Source: Octopus sinensis
Taxonomy: Eukaryota
Direction: 5' to 3'
Assembly (NCBI RefSeq): GCF_006345805.1
Contig: NC_043008.1
Span: 10,726,001 to 10,790,000 of the forward strand
Length of the DNA stretch: 64,000 nucleotides
Both the position numbers and the translations under genes were made by a program. Below the pieces are notes generated by a model. The model ran no database searches and was not told where the DNA came from. It saw nothing but the letters and a program-made list of their open reading frames with translations. Of the stretch, positions 13,791-27,468 are shown piece after piece (position 1 is the stretch's first letter; each line of letters opens with the position of its first letter).

Positions 13791-14867
13791 TGATGAGTTA
13801 CAGCATGTAAGAGTAAGAATGCATATTGAATTAAATAAAATACAAGTGAAATCAAATTTATGCTCATGTTTGTATACGTGTATGCGTATGTGTGTGTATA
13901 TATATAACAACACACACACAAATATGTATACATATGCACACATACATACATACAGACATACACACATATGTATACATATACATGTATACATATACATACA
14001 TATATATACACATATTCATACATACACATATACCCATTTATGCATATATGCATTACACGTATATAATATATATATTATATTATATAATATATAATATATA
14101 TAGATAGATAGATAGATAGATAAAGTTGGTTTGTGAAAGACGTGTTGAATATATAGAAAATAGTAAAAAGTGAAAAAACTACAGAAGGCTTGTTTTAAAA
14201 GGTTAAAAAATACATATTTGAGTCAATATGTCTGAAGAATATTATAATTTTTTCTTACAATGACATAGTTTAGAAGAAATGACCGGTTTCGCGTCTAGCT
14301 TTTCAAATTTCTTACGTCGTTATGTTTATGTTGAGAAGAGTTATCGTTATGTTTATGTTGAAAAGAGTTCTAGATAAGGAGAGGTAATAAGTGATTTCTT
14401 CCGGTGTAAGGGAGATAATCGCTTAAAACTTTTTGCCTTTCCTTTGGGGTGAATTTCTCTGTATAAGTATGTTGGAATGGTTAAGTCTGGGCTTGTACTT
14501 TTCAATGAAGAATGTAAGGCAGATATTACATTTATATATATATATATATATACACATTAATATATACACACATACACACACATTTATATATTTTCTAGTT
14601 CATACTTACCCATGGGTACGCAGAGCAACGTGAGATGGAGTATTTTGATGAAGAGCACAACACGGAATTGATCATGAATGCAACACCTTAACCACTTGGC
14701 CTCTCTCTGTCTCTCCCTCCCTCTCTCACTCCCTCTCTCTCTCTCTCTCATATGTGTGTATGTATATACACAAGGTACAGGAGACTAATATACACATCAT
14801 TCCTCCACTTCACTCTGTATTTCATATATTCTCTATAATAACCATTATTTAAACATTTTCTCACACC

Positions 14868-14915
14868 GTCTCTGATGAAGGGATATATAAAATATCCTGG
14901 AAACAGCTGTTAGAC
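14868..14915 (+). ncRNA. Candidate minimal type I hammerhead ribozyme (PLE-associated type)
   Basis: GTCT-CTGATGA-A-GGGATAT[ATAAA]ATATCCT-G-GAAAC-AGCT-GTT^-AGAC: 4-bp stem I, intact core, 7-bp stem II, palindromic stem III and a GUU site. Confidence 0.6.
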
Positions 14916-15200
14916 TTTCTCTTTATAGATGTTCTGAAAACTTTCACAATCTTGGATTTTTAAAATCTTATTCTGTTAATTTATATATATATATATATTG
15001 ATAAAAACGGTAAGATAATAAAAGAAAGAAAGAGACCTCGATATTATGTAAATGGAGGAATTTATCTGTAAATGTAATGTGTGACAATTATTCGGTAGTC
15101 ATGATAATGGCTAATCCATATATATGTGTGTGTGGCAAAAATTTTATCGTCACTAAATGTGACTGAGGGTGCCGAAATTTTTCCTTTATGGCATTATATT

Positions 15201-15235
<35 letters not shown>

Positions 15236-15904
15236 TGTTCCTTATCTACGTTGTTGACGTAGGAATTAAAACCGACAGGATTTGAAAACTCGACAAATGG
15301 AATTAATCTGTTTCACATCTCTCATGGTTGTTTCATTAACAAAACAAAGAACAAAACACAACAATAAGAAGAAGAACAACAACAGCCACATTAATTTGCT
15401 GTAATAATTATCTAATAAAATCTATTTTGTTTTGTGAGATTATCAATTGCTCCATCATGACTACCAATCATTCGTCACCTTCTATAAATTTTACAGTTTT
15501 TACTCGCATTCATTGTTATTTATTTAAAAACAAAAACAAAAGAAAAAAATCATGAAACGGAAAAAGAAAGAAATTCAGTTTGAGAAAGACAGAAAGAGAG
15601 ACAAAAGAAGAGAGAAGGAAAGACAGAAGGAGAGAGACAGATGTATGGCCTGTGTAATATTGATCATGTTTTACTGGTTTGCAAAATCCTCCGCGTAGGC
15701 TCTCCGTCTGGAGGCGTTCTTTAGACTCCCTCTTATAACATATTAAACTTGATTATCGATAACTCATTTAACAAATATATACGCCAATTCATACTGCACG
15801 CACGCATTTATATATTTCAATAAGAAAATATATACACAGTTGTTATATATTATATGCTTTATATTGAATTTTTAGTTACTAGATATACAAATACACGCAC
15901 ATAT

Positions 15905-16103
15905 ATTTGTACGTCTATGTACGTATGTATGTATGTATGTATGTATGTATGTATGTATGTATGTATGTATGTATGTATGTATGTATGTATGTATGTATGT
16001 ACGTACGTATGTATGTATCCGGAGAGGATACATTTGTATGGATATACACATAAATATACATATGTATATTTATATGTATATATATATATATATATACATA
16101 TGT

Positions 16104-16154
<51 letters not shown>

Positions 16155-16172
16155 GTATGTATATATATATAT

Positions 16173-16222
<50 letters not shown>

Positions 16223-16250
16223 ATATCTGTGTGTGTGTGTGTGTGTGTTT
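15905..16250. repeat. (TATG)n/(TA)n/(TG)n microsatellite
   Basis: Direct reading. Confidence 0.95.
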
Positions 16251-17798
16251 GTGTCTGTATATGCTAGAGATAGATAGATAATAGATAGAGAGAGAAAAAG
16301 AGAAAGTGAGTGAGTAAGACAGAGGTGCACCTTCAACCCACAATCACCACAGCTTCATTGTTGAAACGTGAACGAGAAAGTCAATTATGTATGTATCTAC
16401 ACACATAAGTATCTAGGTGTCTACATGTTAACACGTATTCATCAAAACACATGTATGCGTTGTGTCTATACGTATGTATGTGTACATTCTACTGGTACAA
16501 ACCTCTGCAATATTTCACACATTTTTGCGCTTCTGTCATCGGCTTATAATTTCAAGTTGCATCTTTTCTGGTTTTGTGAAGCCCAAATTATCAAGATTTC
16601 TACTGAAGCAAATAGTTACATAACAATATAATCTAATAATCAAAGTTATAAATATAAAAATTGCAATCCAGAAGTAACCACACATTTTTTCATCAATTCT
16701 CTATGGGTAGTTCATTCGTATCTACCTTTAACATTATGTTAACGTCTTCTGTTCACAAGTTCCTTTTCCAGTTCCATATTATTACATTGCTCTGTTGTTC
16801 TTATACGTTTCTGAAGTTTCCACAGGAGCATTCTACCAATATTCTTTTATATTATGGGTAACGAAGAGCAAGAGTGGTGATCTTTGGATGAACGACATTA
16901 ACAATAGCAAATTGAAGCACTGGGCAGTAAGAACTGATTCGAAACTCTTAAAGATGGTACTCCATGATGAACGCAATCCAATGATATTAATCTATAAAAG
17001 AACAAAAGAGTAAAAAGAATACAAAATTCAAGTCAATACTCTCACGTATGAAATACATCGTATCCGGGTATCCAAGATAAAGTTTCGGGAAGTTAAAACG
17101 ATTGTTTATTTTTCCTTTGTCTCCGGCAAACCTTTAGTCTAATACCCGTAGTTCTAAACAACTTATACAATTTTGTTTTCCCATGAATGTTTAGATAATA
17201 GCGAAAAAAAAAAATAAACGAACCGCTTAATCAATATTCATTTGATATTTATTGAATGTAAGTTTTTTTTTGGAGATATGAAACTGCAATTTTTATTTTG
17301 CTTTTACTTTTTATAACAATGAATATTTATAATCTTGTTTAATCAAATGAAAACAATCGTTTTATTGTTATTTATAAATTCTTCGAGTGAAGAAGTTGTT
17401 TTCAATAGCCAAAGAAAATTTTTTCTAATAAATGTATAAAATATTTTATTCGGAATATTGAAGTATGAAACGACAGTCTAGCCATAGGTAATATGGACGA
17501 ATCTTTCGATTCCTATAGATTCACGTAAAATTGTCTATCGTCCAATTATTGATTTTCGACTAAAAAATAAAGCAAAAAACATCTCGTTTTTATTTTAATG
17601 TGCCCAGACTATTGATAAATGCTAACCTCGGTGTATTTTGATAGGAGTTTTGGCGACTATAAAACAGATGAAAGGTGAACAGGATCATCTTGTAGATATC
17701 ATACCTCATTGATTCACTGTTAAAACATCATAGAGAATTAATTTGCCGTTAGGGGCATCTCGAAAGTTTGGTTGGTTAACTACTACAAATTTTTCTGA

Positions 17799-17898
17799 NN
17801 NNNNNNNNNNNNNNNNNNNNNNNNNNNNNNNNNNNNNNNNNNNNNNNNNNNNNNNNNNNNNNNNNNNNNNNNNNNNNNNNNNNNNNNNNNNNNNNNNN
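17799..17898. other. Assembly gap (100 N)
   Basis: A run of exactly 100 N, typical of a gap of unknown size. Confidence 0.99.
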
Positions 17899-18249
17899 GT
17901 AAATTATTATGATTCTATAAACTTTAATTCATATTTAACAACTCAATTATCACGATTTCTGGTAACCATTGGCTATCAGTAATCGTGATAGTTGACTTAT
18001 CCACGAAAAATCGGCAATTAGTATTATTGTTATTATTACTATTCATATTATTACAACAGAAATCAATAAACCACAATTAAAATCATTATCAGTAGGTTCA
18101 CTGAGTGGAATACAGTCTTCTACAAGTTCTGCCATAGCCTTGTGGTTATGATAGAAACGGTTATCATGCTTTTATATTCTGGTTTCAAATCCCGTCAGAG
18201 TTAGTTTACCTTTCATAGTTCTGAAGTCGATAAAGTAAGATATCAGTCA

Positions 18250-18375
18250 ATTTCTTATTTCTTTATTGCCCACAAGGGGCTAAACACAGAGAGGACAAAC
18301 AAGGACAGACAAATGGATTAAGTCGATTACATCAACCCCAGTGCGTAACTAGTACTTAATTTATCGACCCTGAAG
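18250..18375 (-). mobile_element. SINE family B 3' fragment
   Basis: ATTTCTTTATTGCCCACAAGGGGCTAAACACAGAG..CGACCCCAGTGCGTAAC is the reverse complement of the B tail. Confidence 0.88.
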
Positions 18376-18399
18376 TGCAATCCTTCAGGCAATACTGAA

Positions 18400-19330
18400 G
18401 TTGTTTCCTCTATTCAGACAATCCTGAAATTGTTGCCCCAGCTTCCTATGTAAGCTACTAAATTTCTTTAACCAGTACCCTTCAACTAAATCTGATTTGG
18501 CATTCTTCCTAAATCTTTGCTCATTGATACACCAGTTACCTTTACTTCTGGCTGCTTCTCATTAACTACTACTTCCCTTACTTTCTTTAACAATGCTGCA
18601 CCTCTCCATTCTAGAGTGATATTCGGCTTATCTAGAATTTTCTAGCATCTGCATTCGGCTTCTCGTGTACATTAGTTTCTTCTACATTTTACTTGGCGAT
18701 AAAATCTCCTCTGGTCTGTTTCAAACAATCTGTTCTGTAGATACTGATCTACTCTTTTCTGATATCTGGAAAACTCACTTGCTATTGCTATGATACACTT
18801 TTTCAGCTCTTTCATGACTATCCAAAATCCTTTCTTTTTTACTAAGTAATTTTCTCAAGAGAAGATTTAAATCTTGTTTCCTAATTTGTCCCCAAGCTTC
18901 TGTTCGACTTAGATCTTGTTTTAAAGACTTCGCTTTATTTTCTAATCTATTTTTCCACATCTGCTCCTTCGGATTATTTCCTCGAAGAATATCTAGTAAC
19001 TACTACCTCTCTTGCATAATTCAGTAAGTTAGTGTCATCTATATTTTAGTAACTCTACTACTGATAACAGAATCTACTTTCCTAGTAATATCTAGAAAAT
19101 TCCTTGTATTAGGCCCTTTTAATGCTGGTAATCGTTTTCTTTCTTCTTTACCCATCTACATATTTCTCCTAATAGCATTAGCCTGGTCCACTAGTTTCTG
19201 CTCTGTTACATTAAACATACCTTTCTTTAACAAAAGTGCGAACATACATTTTTTGTAACCTCTTAGTTTGGGTTCACTTTCCGAGTAACACTGCATCCCC
19301 TGTTCTCTTCACTTGTCTATTTTATCCTCA
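18400..19330 (-). pseudogene. Decayed non-LTR retrotransposon ORF, R4/Dong-like (N-terminal region to RT start)
   Basis: Minus-strand pieces across stops and frameshifts read MQCYSESEPKLRGYKK..VTEQKLVDQANAIRRN, MWKNRLENK..LKQDLS, YQKRVDQYLQNRLFETDQRRFYRQ and GYWLKKFSSLHRKL. These resemble R4/Dong-clade ORFs as I recall them. Confidence 0.75.
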
Positions 19331-19869
19331 TCACTATTATGTACTGGTGCTGTCTAAGAATAACGACTGAGTTTGTACTGTCTGCATTTGTACTGAAACA
19401 CAACCAAGCGAGAGGCCTTCCCTTAAAAATCCAACCATGCTATGTCGTCGTCATTTTAATCCTCCTCCTCCTCATCATCATCATCGTCATCATCGTCATC
19501 AGTATTAATAAGAGCTCGATATGGTGTGTAATAGAGATTGACTTTATTGTATCAAACAATATTTCGTTAGCATGTGTCTTCCTCAGAATGAAAAATGAAA
19601 AGAGCGCAGTAATACAGAAATTCAAAATATGAGCGGGAATATCCTGCGTTCCTTTTTAGACAAAATGTCGTCACCAGTTGTCGCTTTTTTCAACTTTCTC
19701 TTCATGAGGGAAGCCGAAATAATTGTAATATCTCCGTATAATTTTTTACTGGTTGTATATCCAAAACTTTTGCTTGTTCTGCTTTTAAATAATGAATATT
19801 ACGATTATTAAATAACATCGAGATTCCTGAAACAGCTGTCGAGTTAAGAAATTAGTATTTTCTTCTTAG

Positions 19870-20095
19870 TATTCTCTATTTTTAATTTTCTAAGTATATA
19901 TATATATATATTATATATATATCTTTATATTTATGTATACATATCAAGCCTAATATAGAATAATAATAATAATAATAATAATAATAGTAATAATAATAAT
20001 ATTATATATATAATATATATATATATGTAAATATATGTATATATGTGGTGTGTGTTTATTTTTTGAATATATGTAGATATATGCGTCTATATAAG

Positions 20096-20129
<34 letters not shown>

Positions 20130-20181
20130 ATGTATATCAAGCCTAATTGCGTTTATCTACATTAGTACCTATCTCTCCACC

Positions 20182-20241
<60 letters not shown>

Positions 20242-20396
20242 TACATATATATATGAGTATATATACATATACACGCACACATATGTATATATGTATAATT
20301 CCATCTATGTATGCATATATGTATATATATATATATACAAACACAGACAAACACTCACACGCACATATTATGTGCTTACATGTATGTATATATATG

Positions 20397-20484
<88 letters not shown>

Positions 20485-20625
20485 TCATTTATTTGTACGT
20501 CTGTATTTCCGTATATTTTTTAGCTGCCTGTCTAGTTGAGTTAGCAGTCCATGAAAGAATTCTGTCATAAAAATAATTATCTGTTTATGTTGTCAACCAA
20601 TCAACTTCCGTTCCCCAAGCATTTA

Positions 20626-20664
<39 letters not shown>

Positions 20665-20739
20665 ACATAGACACACACACATGTATGTATGTATGTGTAT
20701 TATATATATATACATATATACATACATATATATACATAC

Positions 20740-20830
<91 letters not shown>
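19870..20830. repeat. Compound (TA)n/(AAT)n/(CA)n microsatellites
   Basis: Direct reading. Confidence 0.93.
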
Positions 20831-21172
20831 CACCAAGCCAAATATGAGAGCTGGCAGTTGTTAGATATATAGAAAGCTATTATTATTCGTAATCGAAAAC
20901 AGACTGATACGCCAATGCCAAATTAGCTGATAGTTCAATAACTTATATTCAGTGTATTTATGTTGATATAGTAAACTTAGACAATACAAAACAAGTCCTA
21001 CATATTATTTTCTCTGTTACGTAAAACAAAATTTATATGTATTATCTAAAATGGGTTTAGAATCGAATATTTGAACACTCATTTTAATATCGATTTTCCA
21101 ATTATGAAACTCATAGAAAGTTGATATACTAGATACTAGCATTATCCCTGTTAAATTTTAATAAATATCAAA

Positions 21173-21338
21173 GGCGCGGGTGTGGCTGTGTGGTAAGTAG
21201 CTTGCTTACCAGCCACATGGTTCCGGGTTCATTCCCACTGCGTGGCACCTTGGGCAAGTGTCTTCTACTATATAGTCTCGGGCCGACCAAAGCCTTGTGA
21301 GTGGATTTGGTAGACGGAAACTGAAGGAAACCCGTCGA

Positions 21339-21371
<33 letters not shown>

Positions 21372-21697
21372 TGTATGTATGTATGTATGTATGTATGTAT
21401 GTATGTATGTATGTATGTATGTATGTATGTATGTATGTATGTATGTATGTATGTATGTATGTATGTATGTATGTATGTATGTATGTATGTATGTATGTAT
21501 GTATGTATGTATGTGTTTGTGTGTCTGTGTTTGTCCCCACCCAACATCGCTTGACAACCGATGGTGGTGTAGGGACCGATAGAATAAGTACTAGGCTTAC
21601 AAAGAATAAGTCCTGGGGTCGATTTGCTCGACGACTAAAGGCGGTGCTCCAGCATGGCTGCAGTCAAATGACTGAAACAAGTTAAAGAGTAAAAGAG
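21173..21697 (+). mobile_element. SINE family A, full length, with an internal (TATG)n expansion of about 170 bp
   Basis: tRNA-like head (TGGCTGTGTGG, GGTTC..TCCC), CORE-like ACCTTGGGCAAGTG, microsatellite, 3' module and (TAAAAGAG)n tail. Confidence 0.93.
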
Positions 21698-21989
21698 GAT
21701 ATTATCTCGCTCTTCGTAAAATTTGTTATTGTTTAGCAGCAGAATAGAACTGATATGATAGGCAACTTATGTTAAAAAATGTTCCAGACTTCATTATTCC
21801 ACCACTTAGCATATCAAGGACAACATTATAGAAGGTATAATTCTATTTACAAAGATGTGGTCACGCATTGTCATGTAAATGATGATCCTTTTCAAATTAT
21901 TATTTTGTCTCATCTTTGTTAAGCTTTTTGAGTGTTTCATTTTACCGCTCACTCTTTGCAGATGCTTTTATCATATCCCAAGCAGTCAG

Positions 21990-22411
21990 CATGACTATCT
22001 ATGCCTATTTCTGGTTTCTGACCTCCTTAGGCACTCACACCTATAGACGTTCTTTTATAGAGATACTTAAAAGATTACGTTTATGGTATAAACCGGTGAC
22101 AGTCAAAAAATTGAGGGCATCCAAAGAACGAGAATGCACACAAATATCTAACAAAATGTTACTTGATGTTTACGATTCCCTTGCATCGCATTATCAGCAG
22201 TACCTGGACCAGAAGGGTTTGAAGAAAGTTAAAACTCTTTAACTTGTTTCAGCTTTAAAGTTGCGTTCATACTGGGGCACCACTGCTGTTCAGAAAGTTG
22301 TTCACAAAAAATTAAATTCTGTAGATTCTATTAAATTTTGAAAATGAAATGCAATTTTATATATTGACTTTATATGTATTCATGCGTGTATACACTTTTT
22401 GGGACACCCTG
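21990..22411 (+). pseudogene. Tc1/mariner-superfamily relic: transposase C-terminus plus 3' TIR
   Basis: With one frameshift it reads TPIDVLL*RYLKDYVY..KPVTVKKLRASKERECTQISNKMLLDV..YQQYLDQKG, matching the LTPLDFFLWGYLK..VY..P.T..EL type. It ends in CACTTTTTGGGACACCCTG|TA. Confidence 0.8.
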
Positions 22412-22452
22412 TATATATATATATATATATATAATCTTTTTCATAATGAGAT

Positions 22453-22537
22453 AAAAAAAGACAAGGCTGTGTAGATTTTAGAACATTTAAAGATATCTAT
22501 AAATGTTCTAAAATCTACACAGCCCTTGTTTTTTTTT
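22453..22537. repeat. Near-perfect palindrome of about 84 bp
   Basis: ACAAGGCTGTGTAGATTTTAGAACATTTA..TAAATGTTCTAAAATCTACACAGCCCTTGT. Confidence 0.9.
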
Positions 22538-24039
22538 ACGAAAAGAAAATTTATTTTTTACGAAAGAAAATTTAATATACACACGCTGATATATGACCTA
22601 CGTTGGACCCCTTATTCGCAAAATCACCGAACCTGGAACTTAACTATGGTCTATCCATATCACTTATTCAGCATTACCTGACACCTTTGGGTTTCACTGA
22701 CACCATTACCTCTCATAACCTATATATATATATATGTTTATATATATATATATAATATATATAATATATATATATAATATATATATATATATAGTATCTA
22801 TATGTGTGTGGTGTGTGTGTGTATATATATCTTTGTATGATGTGTGTGTATGTGTGTATAATATGTATATATAATATATATAATATTATATATATATATG
22901 TATTTACTGAGTGGTGTTTTCTTTCGTTTGTACTCCATGTTAATGTATATAAATACACATACAGATGCGTGTATGCCCATATGTACATAAATATATATAT
23001 GTATTCACAAATTAAGGTCAATATGTAACTATATTAAGTACATATGTATCAAAGTCGAAAAGAAAGGAGAAAATCGAGAAATTAAGAGAAACATTGATGG
23101 AAAGCAAAACCTTCTAAAGAGTTTTGTACAGTCAGTGATAACGATGAATATGTATAGCATTTCTAGTGTTGCCTTCTCCTAGAAATATTTATACCATGTC
23201 TTTTTATTCTTAACATGTTGCAGAATCATATATTTTATTAAATCGTCAATACAGCCCTCAGCATATACAGTTATTTTCCAATTCCAACAAGTTTCTATTT
23301 GTAGTAACAAACTTTCCTATTAGATACTTATGAATGTCAGTGAAGATTTACATCCATAAGCTAAGAGATACCGGAAACAAAAGTCGGTGTTTGAAATTTT
23401 AAGGACGCCATTTGCATCGATTTCTCTGACTAACATTACTTATATTTACGTCTTGTTTTGGAAACTAAAAGGAAAGTTACTTTCTACTTCAAGATCTTTT
23501 ACAAGAAAAATAAAAGAGGAAAAGAAAAAAGCACAGCAACTGGCAGAAATCTAAAGATGTATGTACGAACTGAAAGATAGTTGTAAAATTTAAGGTTTCT
23601 TTGAAAGAGATTCGCTAAAATTACGTTTATCTTTTTAAAAAATACTTAAGGGATTTTTATCGGGCATTGGATGTTTTTTGTACATATGAACCAGTGTTAT
23701 TTAAGTGATGTGATGAGAAAATTTTTTTAGCTCAACAAAATGCGAATTTAGCAAAGAGAAGTGTATCAAAAATGTGTTACCTCCTTGCATAGCAATAGTA
23801 ATTATCGTTAAAGGAGTGGATGTGAAGGTGAAAGAATTAAATCTTTTACATAACTGGCATTTATTTCATCGACCACAACAAAGTTTGAAAGGAGATTAGT
23901 TGAGTGACGATTTCTTAGTGATTTCGCAATCTTTTATAATTTATCTCACACTTTTAGACTCAATAAAATGATTTCTAGTGTTCGACCAACATCATACGTT
24001 ATGAGGGTTTGATTTCATTGGGGGGGGGAGAGGGGTAAG

Positions 24040-24205
24040 TAGATTAAATTACATCGACCCCAGTGTTTAACTGGAACTTATTTTATCGACTCCCGAAAGG
24101 ATAAGTCGACCTCGATGGAATCTGAACTCAGAACGCAAAGTCAGAAGAAATGTCGCTAAACATTTCGCCCGGCGTGCAAACGATTCTGTCAGCTCACTGT
24201 CTCAG
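24040..24205 (-). mobile_element. SINE family B, diverged
   Basis: Reverse complement of the head and core (ATCGACCCCAGTG..AACTCAGAACG..CATTTCGCCCGGCGTG). Confidence 0.8.
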
Positions 24206-24492
24206 TTAATTACTATGACCTTAGCTAAAAGAACACGATCAATAATTGGTAGGGGTGATGAGTCATATTTCTCTCTGAAAATGATAGATCACAACAATAA
24301 ATACGCACATCGATACTTCTGGAATCAATAATGATGGAGTTTTTATCTTATGACATATGTCGCTGGTTCATCGAATGTGGGTCACTACTTGCAAATTCGG
24401 ACCCCATCGATATACTGTCAACAATATTAACTATGAAAGGATACTGAAGACATAATCGGGAATACAAATCACTTCCTTATTTTATTTCATTT

Positions 24493-24714
24493 TATTTCTT
24501 TATTGCCCACAAAGGGCTAAACTTAGAGGGGACAAACAAGGACAGACAACGGGATCATGTCGATTGCATCGACCCCAGTGCGAAACTGGTACTTTATTTA
24601 ATCGACCCCGAAAGGATGAAAGGCAAAGTCGACCTCGGTGGAATTTGAACTCAGAACGTAGCGGCAGACGAAATACCTATTTCTTTACTACCCACAAGGG
24701 GCTAAACACAGAGG
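24493..24714 (-). mobile_element. SINE family B concatemer fragment with a tandem junction at 24670-24683
   Basis: One A-box-less unit joined to the tail of another through GAAATACCTATTTC. Confidence 0.9.
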
Positions 24715-24929
24715 GGAGATAAATAGATAAAAAGAATTGAACGTAAAAATAGTGGTAGAATACAAGGAAGTGTGGGGAAATTTAATTTTTGTGAGAGATT
24801 TAGCGATATAAATGTTTTAAACGTCTATGGATGTAAAAGATTAAGGACAAATAAAATGCTCATGGATATGGGATTAGATTTAAATGTAGATGAATAAGCA
24901 GACAGACAAAAGGGCAGGTCAAATACAGA

Positions 24930-25165
24930 GAGATAGACAGATAGATAGATAGATAGATAGATAAAGAGATAGATAAATAGATAAATAAATACATAGATAG
25001 ATAGATAGATAGATAGAAAGATAGATAGAGAGAGAGAGATAAATAGAAAGAGAGAAAAATAGATATATAAATAGATAGATAATAGATAGATAGATAGAGA
25101 GATAGATAGAGAGATAGATAGATAGACAGATTAAGAGATAGATAAATAGATAGATAAATAAATAA

Positions 25166-25196
<31 letters not shown>

Positions 25197-25330
25197 GATA
25201 GAGAGAGATAAATAGAAAGAGAGAAAAATAGATATATAAATAGATAGATAATAGATAGATAGATAGATAGATAGAGAGATAGATAGATAAACAGATTAAG
25301 AGATAGATAAATAGATAGATAAATAAATAA

Positions 25331-25381
<51 letters not shown>

Positions 25382-25580
25382 TAAATAGAAAGAGAGAAAA
25401 ATAGATATATAAATAGATAGATAATAGATAGATAGATAGATAGATAGATAGAAAGAGAGATAGATATATATATAGATTGATAAACAGATAGATAATAGAT
25501 AGATAAAGATAGAGATAGATAGATAGACAGATAATAGAAAGACAGATAAATAGATAATTAAATAGATAGATAATAGATAG
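24930..25580. repeat. (AGAT)n compound microsatellite with a higher-order repeat of about 170 bp
   Basis: AAATAGAAAGAGAGAAAAATAGATATATAAATAG recurs at 25041, 25210 and 25383. Confidence 0.92.
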
Positions 25581-25830
25581 ATAGATAATTTAACCTACAT
25601 GTGGCATATAACCTGTAGAGCGCCTTGTTGTTCGATGGTACGGTTAATGTCATTAGCGCTTTCGAATCAATAATTCTTATAAAACATATGTATGTATGGA
25701 TGTACGTACGTACGTACGTATGTACGTATGCATGCATGCAAGCATGTATGTATGTATGCATATATATATATATATAGATATATATACGTATATATATTAT
25801 TAAAACATGCACACATGCATGTGTCTCTCC

Positions 25831-25873
<43 letters not shown>

Positions 25874-26693
25874 GTTATTTTAGATTAACATATGCAGTAT
25901 CGAATCTACGTTTCTTTGCATTATTAGGGTTAAAGTATCGATCCGTTTGTCTCTTCAGTTAGTTATACATTCGATTTTCATCGTAACTAGAAATTATGAA
26001 AATCGTAATGATAGAAGTGCAAGGAAGAAGACAAAATCGATTCTATTACGAGAGATTTCGTGGTATGAACAATGAATTTTGTCTAACAATACAACAATAT
26101 TTCGTAGATATACAGATGCAACTATTTTTAGCCGAGATCTGCATTGTACCAGCAGCCACATATGCGATGGAAAAAGCCAGGAAAACTTTCTTAGAAAGAA
26201 AATAAAATCATGGTTATAAAAACAGGAGATAGATTCCAGTGCATTCTGTCTAAATTCGGGTTTGTATCAGGTTTTGGAGTTCAAAGCTTTTAAACTAAGT
26301 TAAGAAGATTGTAAAACGATATCTGTTATTAACCAGGTGCCAATGTCTTTTAACATTTCGGCTAGTCAATTCACAATGTATCCTTTTATAAATGTGATTA
26401 AGCTATTTTCGTATCTGCGCAAGACCAAGTAAGCATTAATTCACAAACCACAGCCATTGTTACGAGGCGTTCTCTGTCTATTGTCTATATCATTCTTATT
26501 TTATTTGATAAAGTTTCCAACAGATTCTTTATAACGGAAACACAAGTTTATGTGGGAGAACAATGGCAGCTGTTTGTAGTTTGTTAATCTTTCTTATAGA
26601 ATATATTTACATTGAACAGCAGAAACTTGTTCTTTGAGCTCGAATTTCTTTGTGTGAAAAAAAAAGAAAAAATTCTATGAATTTCTTTACCAG

Positions 26694-26779
26694 GTGAAGT
26701 TGGAATAAAAACACGTTGTAGACGGTTCTCTGTGCAATTGAAATCCAATCTTAAGGAGCTGTTAACAGCATTAAACAAG
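26694..26779 (+). CDS. Weak candidate internal exon (EVGIKTRCRRFSVQLKSNLKELLTALNK), product unknown
   Basis: Acceptor ATTTCTTTACCAG, donor AAG|GTTATA and an open frame in unique sequence. No homology confirmed. Confidence 0.3.
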
Positions 26780-26918
26780 GTTATATAAATAATGAGAGGC
26801 AGAAAAGATGCAACGGGTTTAGAAAAATGGAAACTGGAAATAGATGGGAAACAGACAAACGTTGAGATAAACGGAAAGAAACAGATAATGTGAGAATGAG
26901 TTGCATACAGGGTGAAGG

Positions 26919-26951
<33 letters not shown>

Positions 26952-27411
26952 GGGAGAAGGGGGGTGGGTGTGTGAGTAGTAAAGAGGATGTTAATGATTA
27001 GAGAGAGTAAGATAACCAAAGACTGACTAATTATCGTGAGCAAGTTAAATTTTCCATTAGATTTTTCTAAAGATTGTACTGGCGTTTTTGTTATCTTTTT
27101 GCAGATAACAGTTTCCCTTTGGTTAAAAACACACACACACACACACAAATATACACACGCACATATGTATATATATATATATATTATATATATATATATA
27201 TATATAATATATATATATATGTATATTATATATATATATATGTATATATATATTATATATATATATATATGTGTGTATATTATATATATATATATATAGT
27301 ATATATATGTGTATATATATATTATATATATATATATATGTGTGTGTATATATATATATATATATATAGATATATATATATATATAATATATATATATAT
27401 GAGTATGTATG

Positions 27412-27468
<57 letters not shown>

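Noticed and set aside
10004-13997. Very long poly-L/Y/I ORFs (up to 731 aa)
   Set aside because: They result from (ATT)n lacking stop codons on the minus strand and carry no protein information.
16480-17100. Possible membrane-protein pseudogene or exons
   Set aside because: Hydrophobic stretches appear on both strands with frequent stops, and no recognisable motif or consistent splice frame was found.
21916-22242. 108-aa ORF resembling a GPCR TM7 plus helix 8 terminal exon
   Set aside because: The C-terminal half is a Tc1/mariner transposase tail, the hydrophobic half is the out-of-frame reading of the TP.D..LW.YLK motif, and a TIR follows at 22411.
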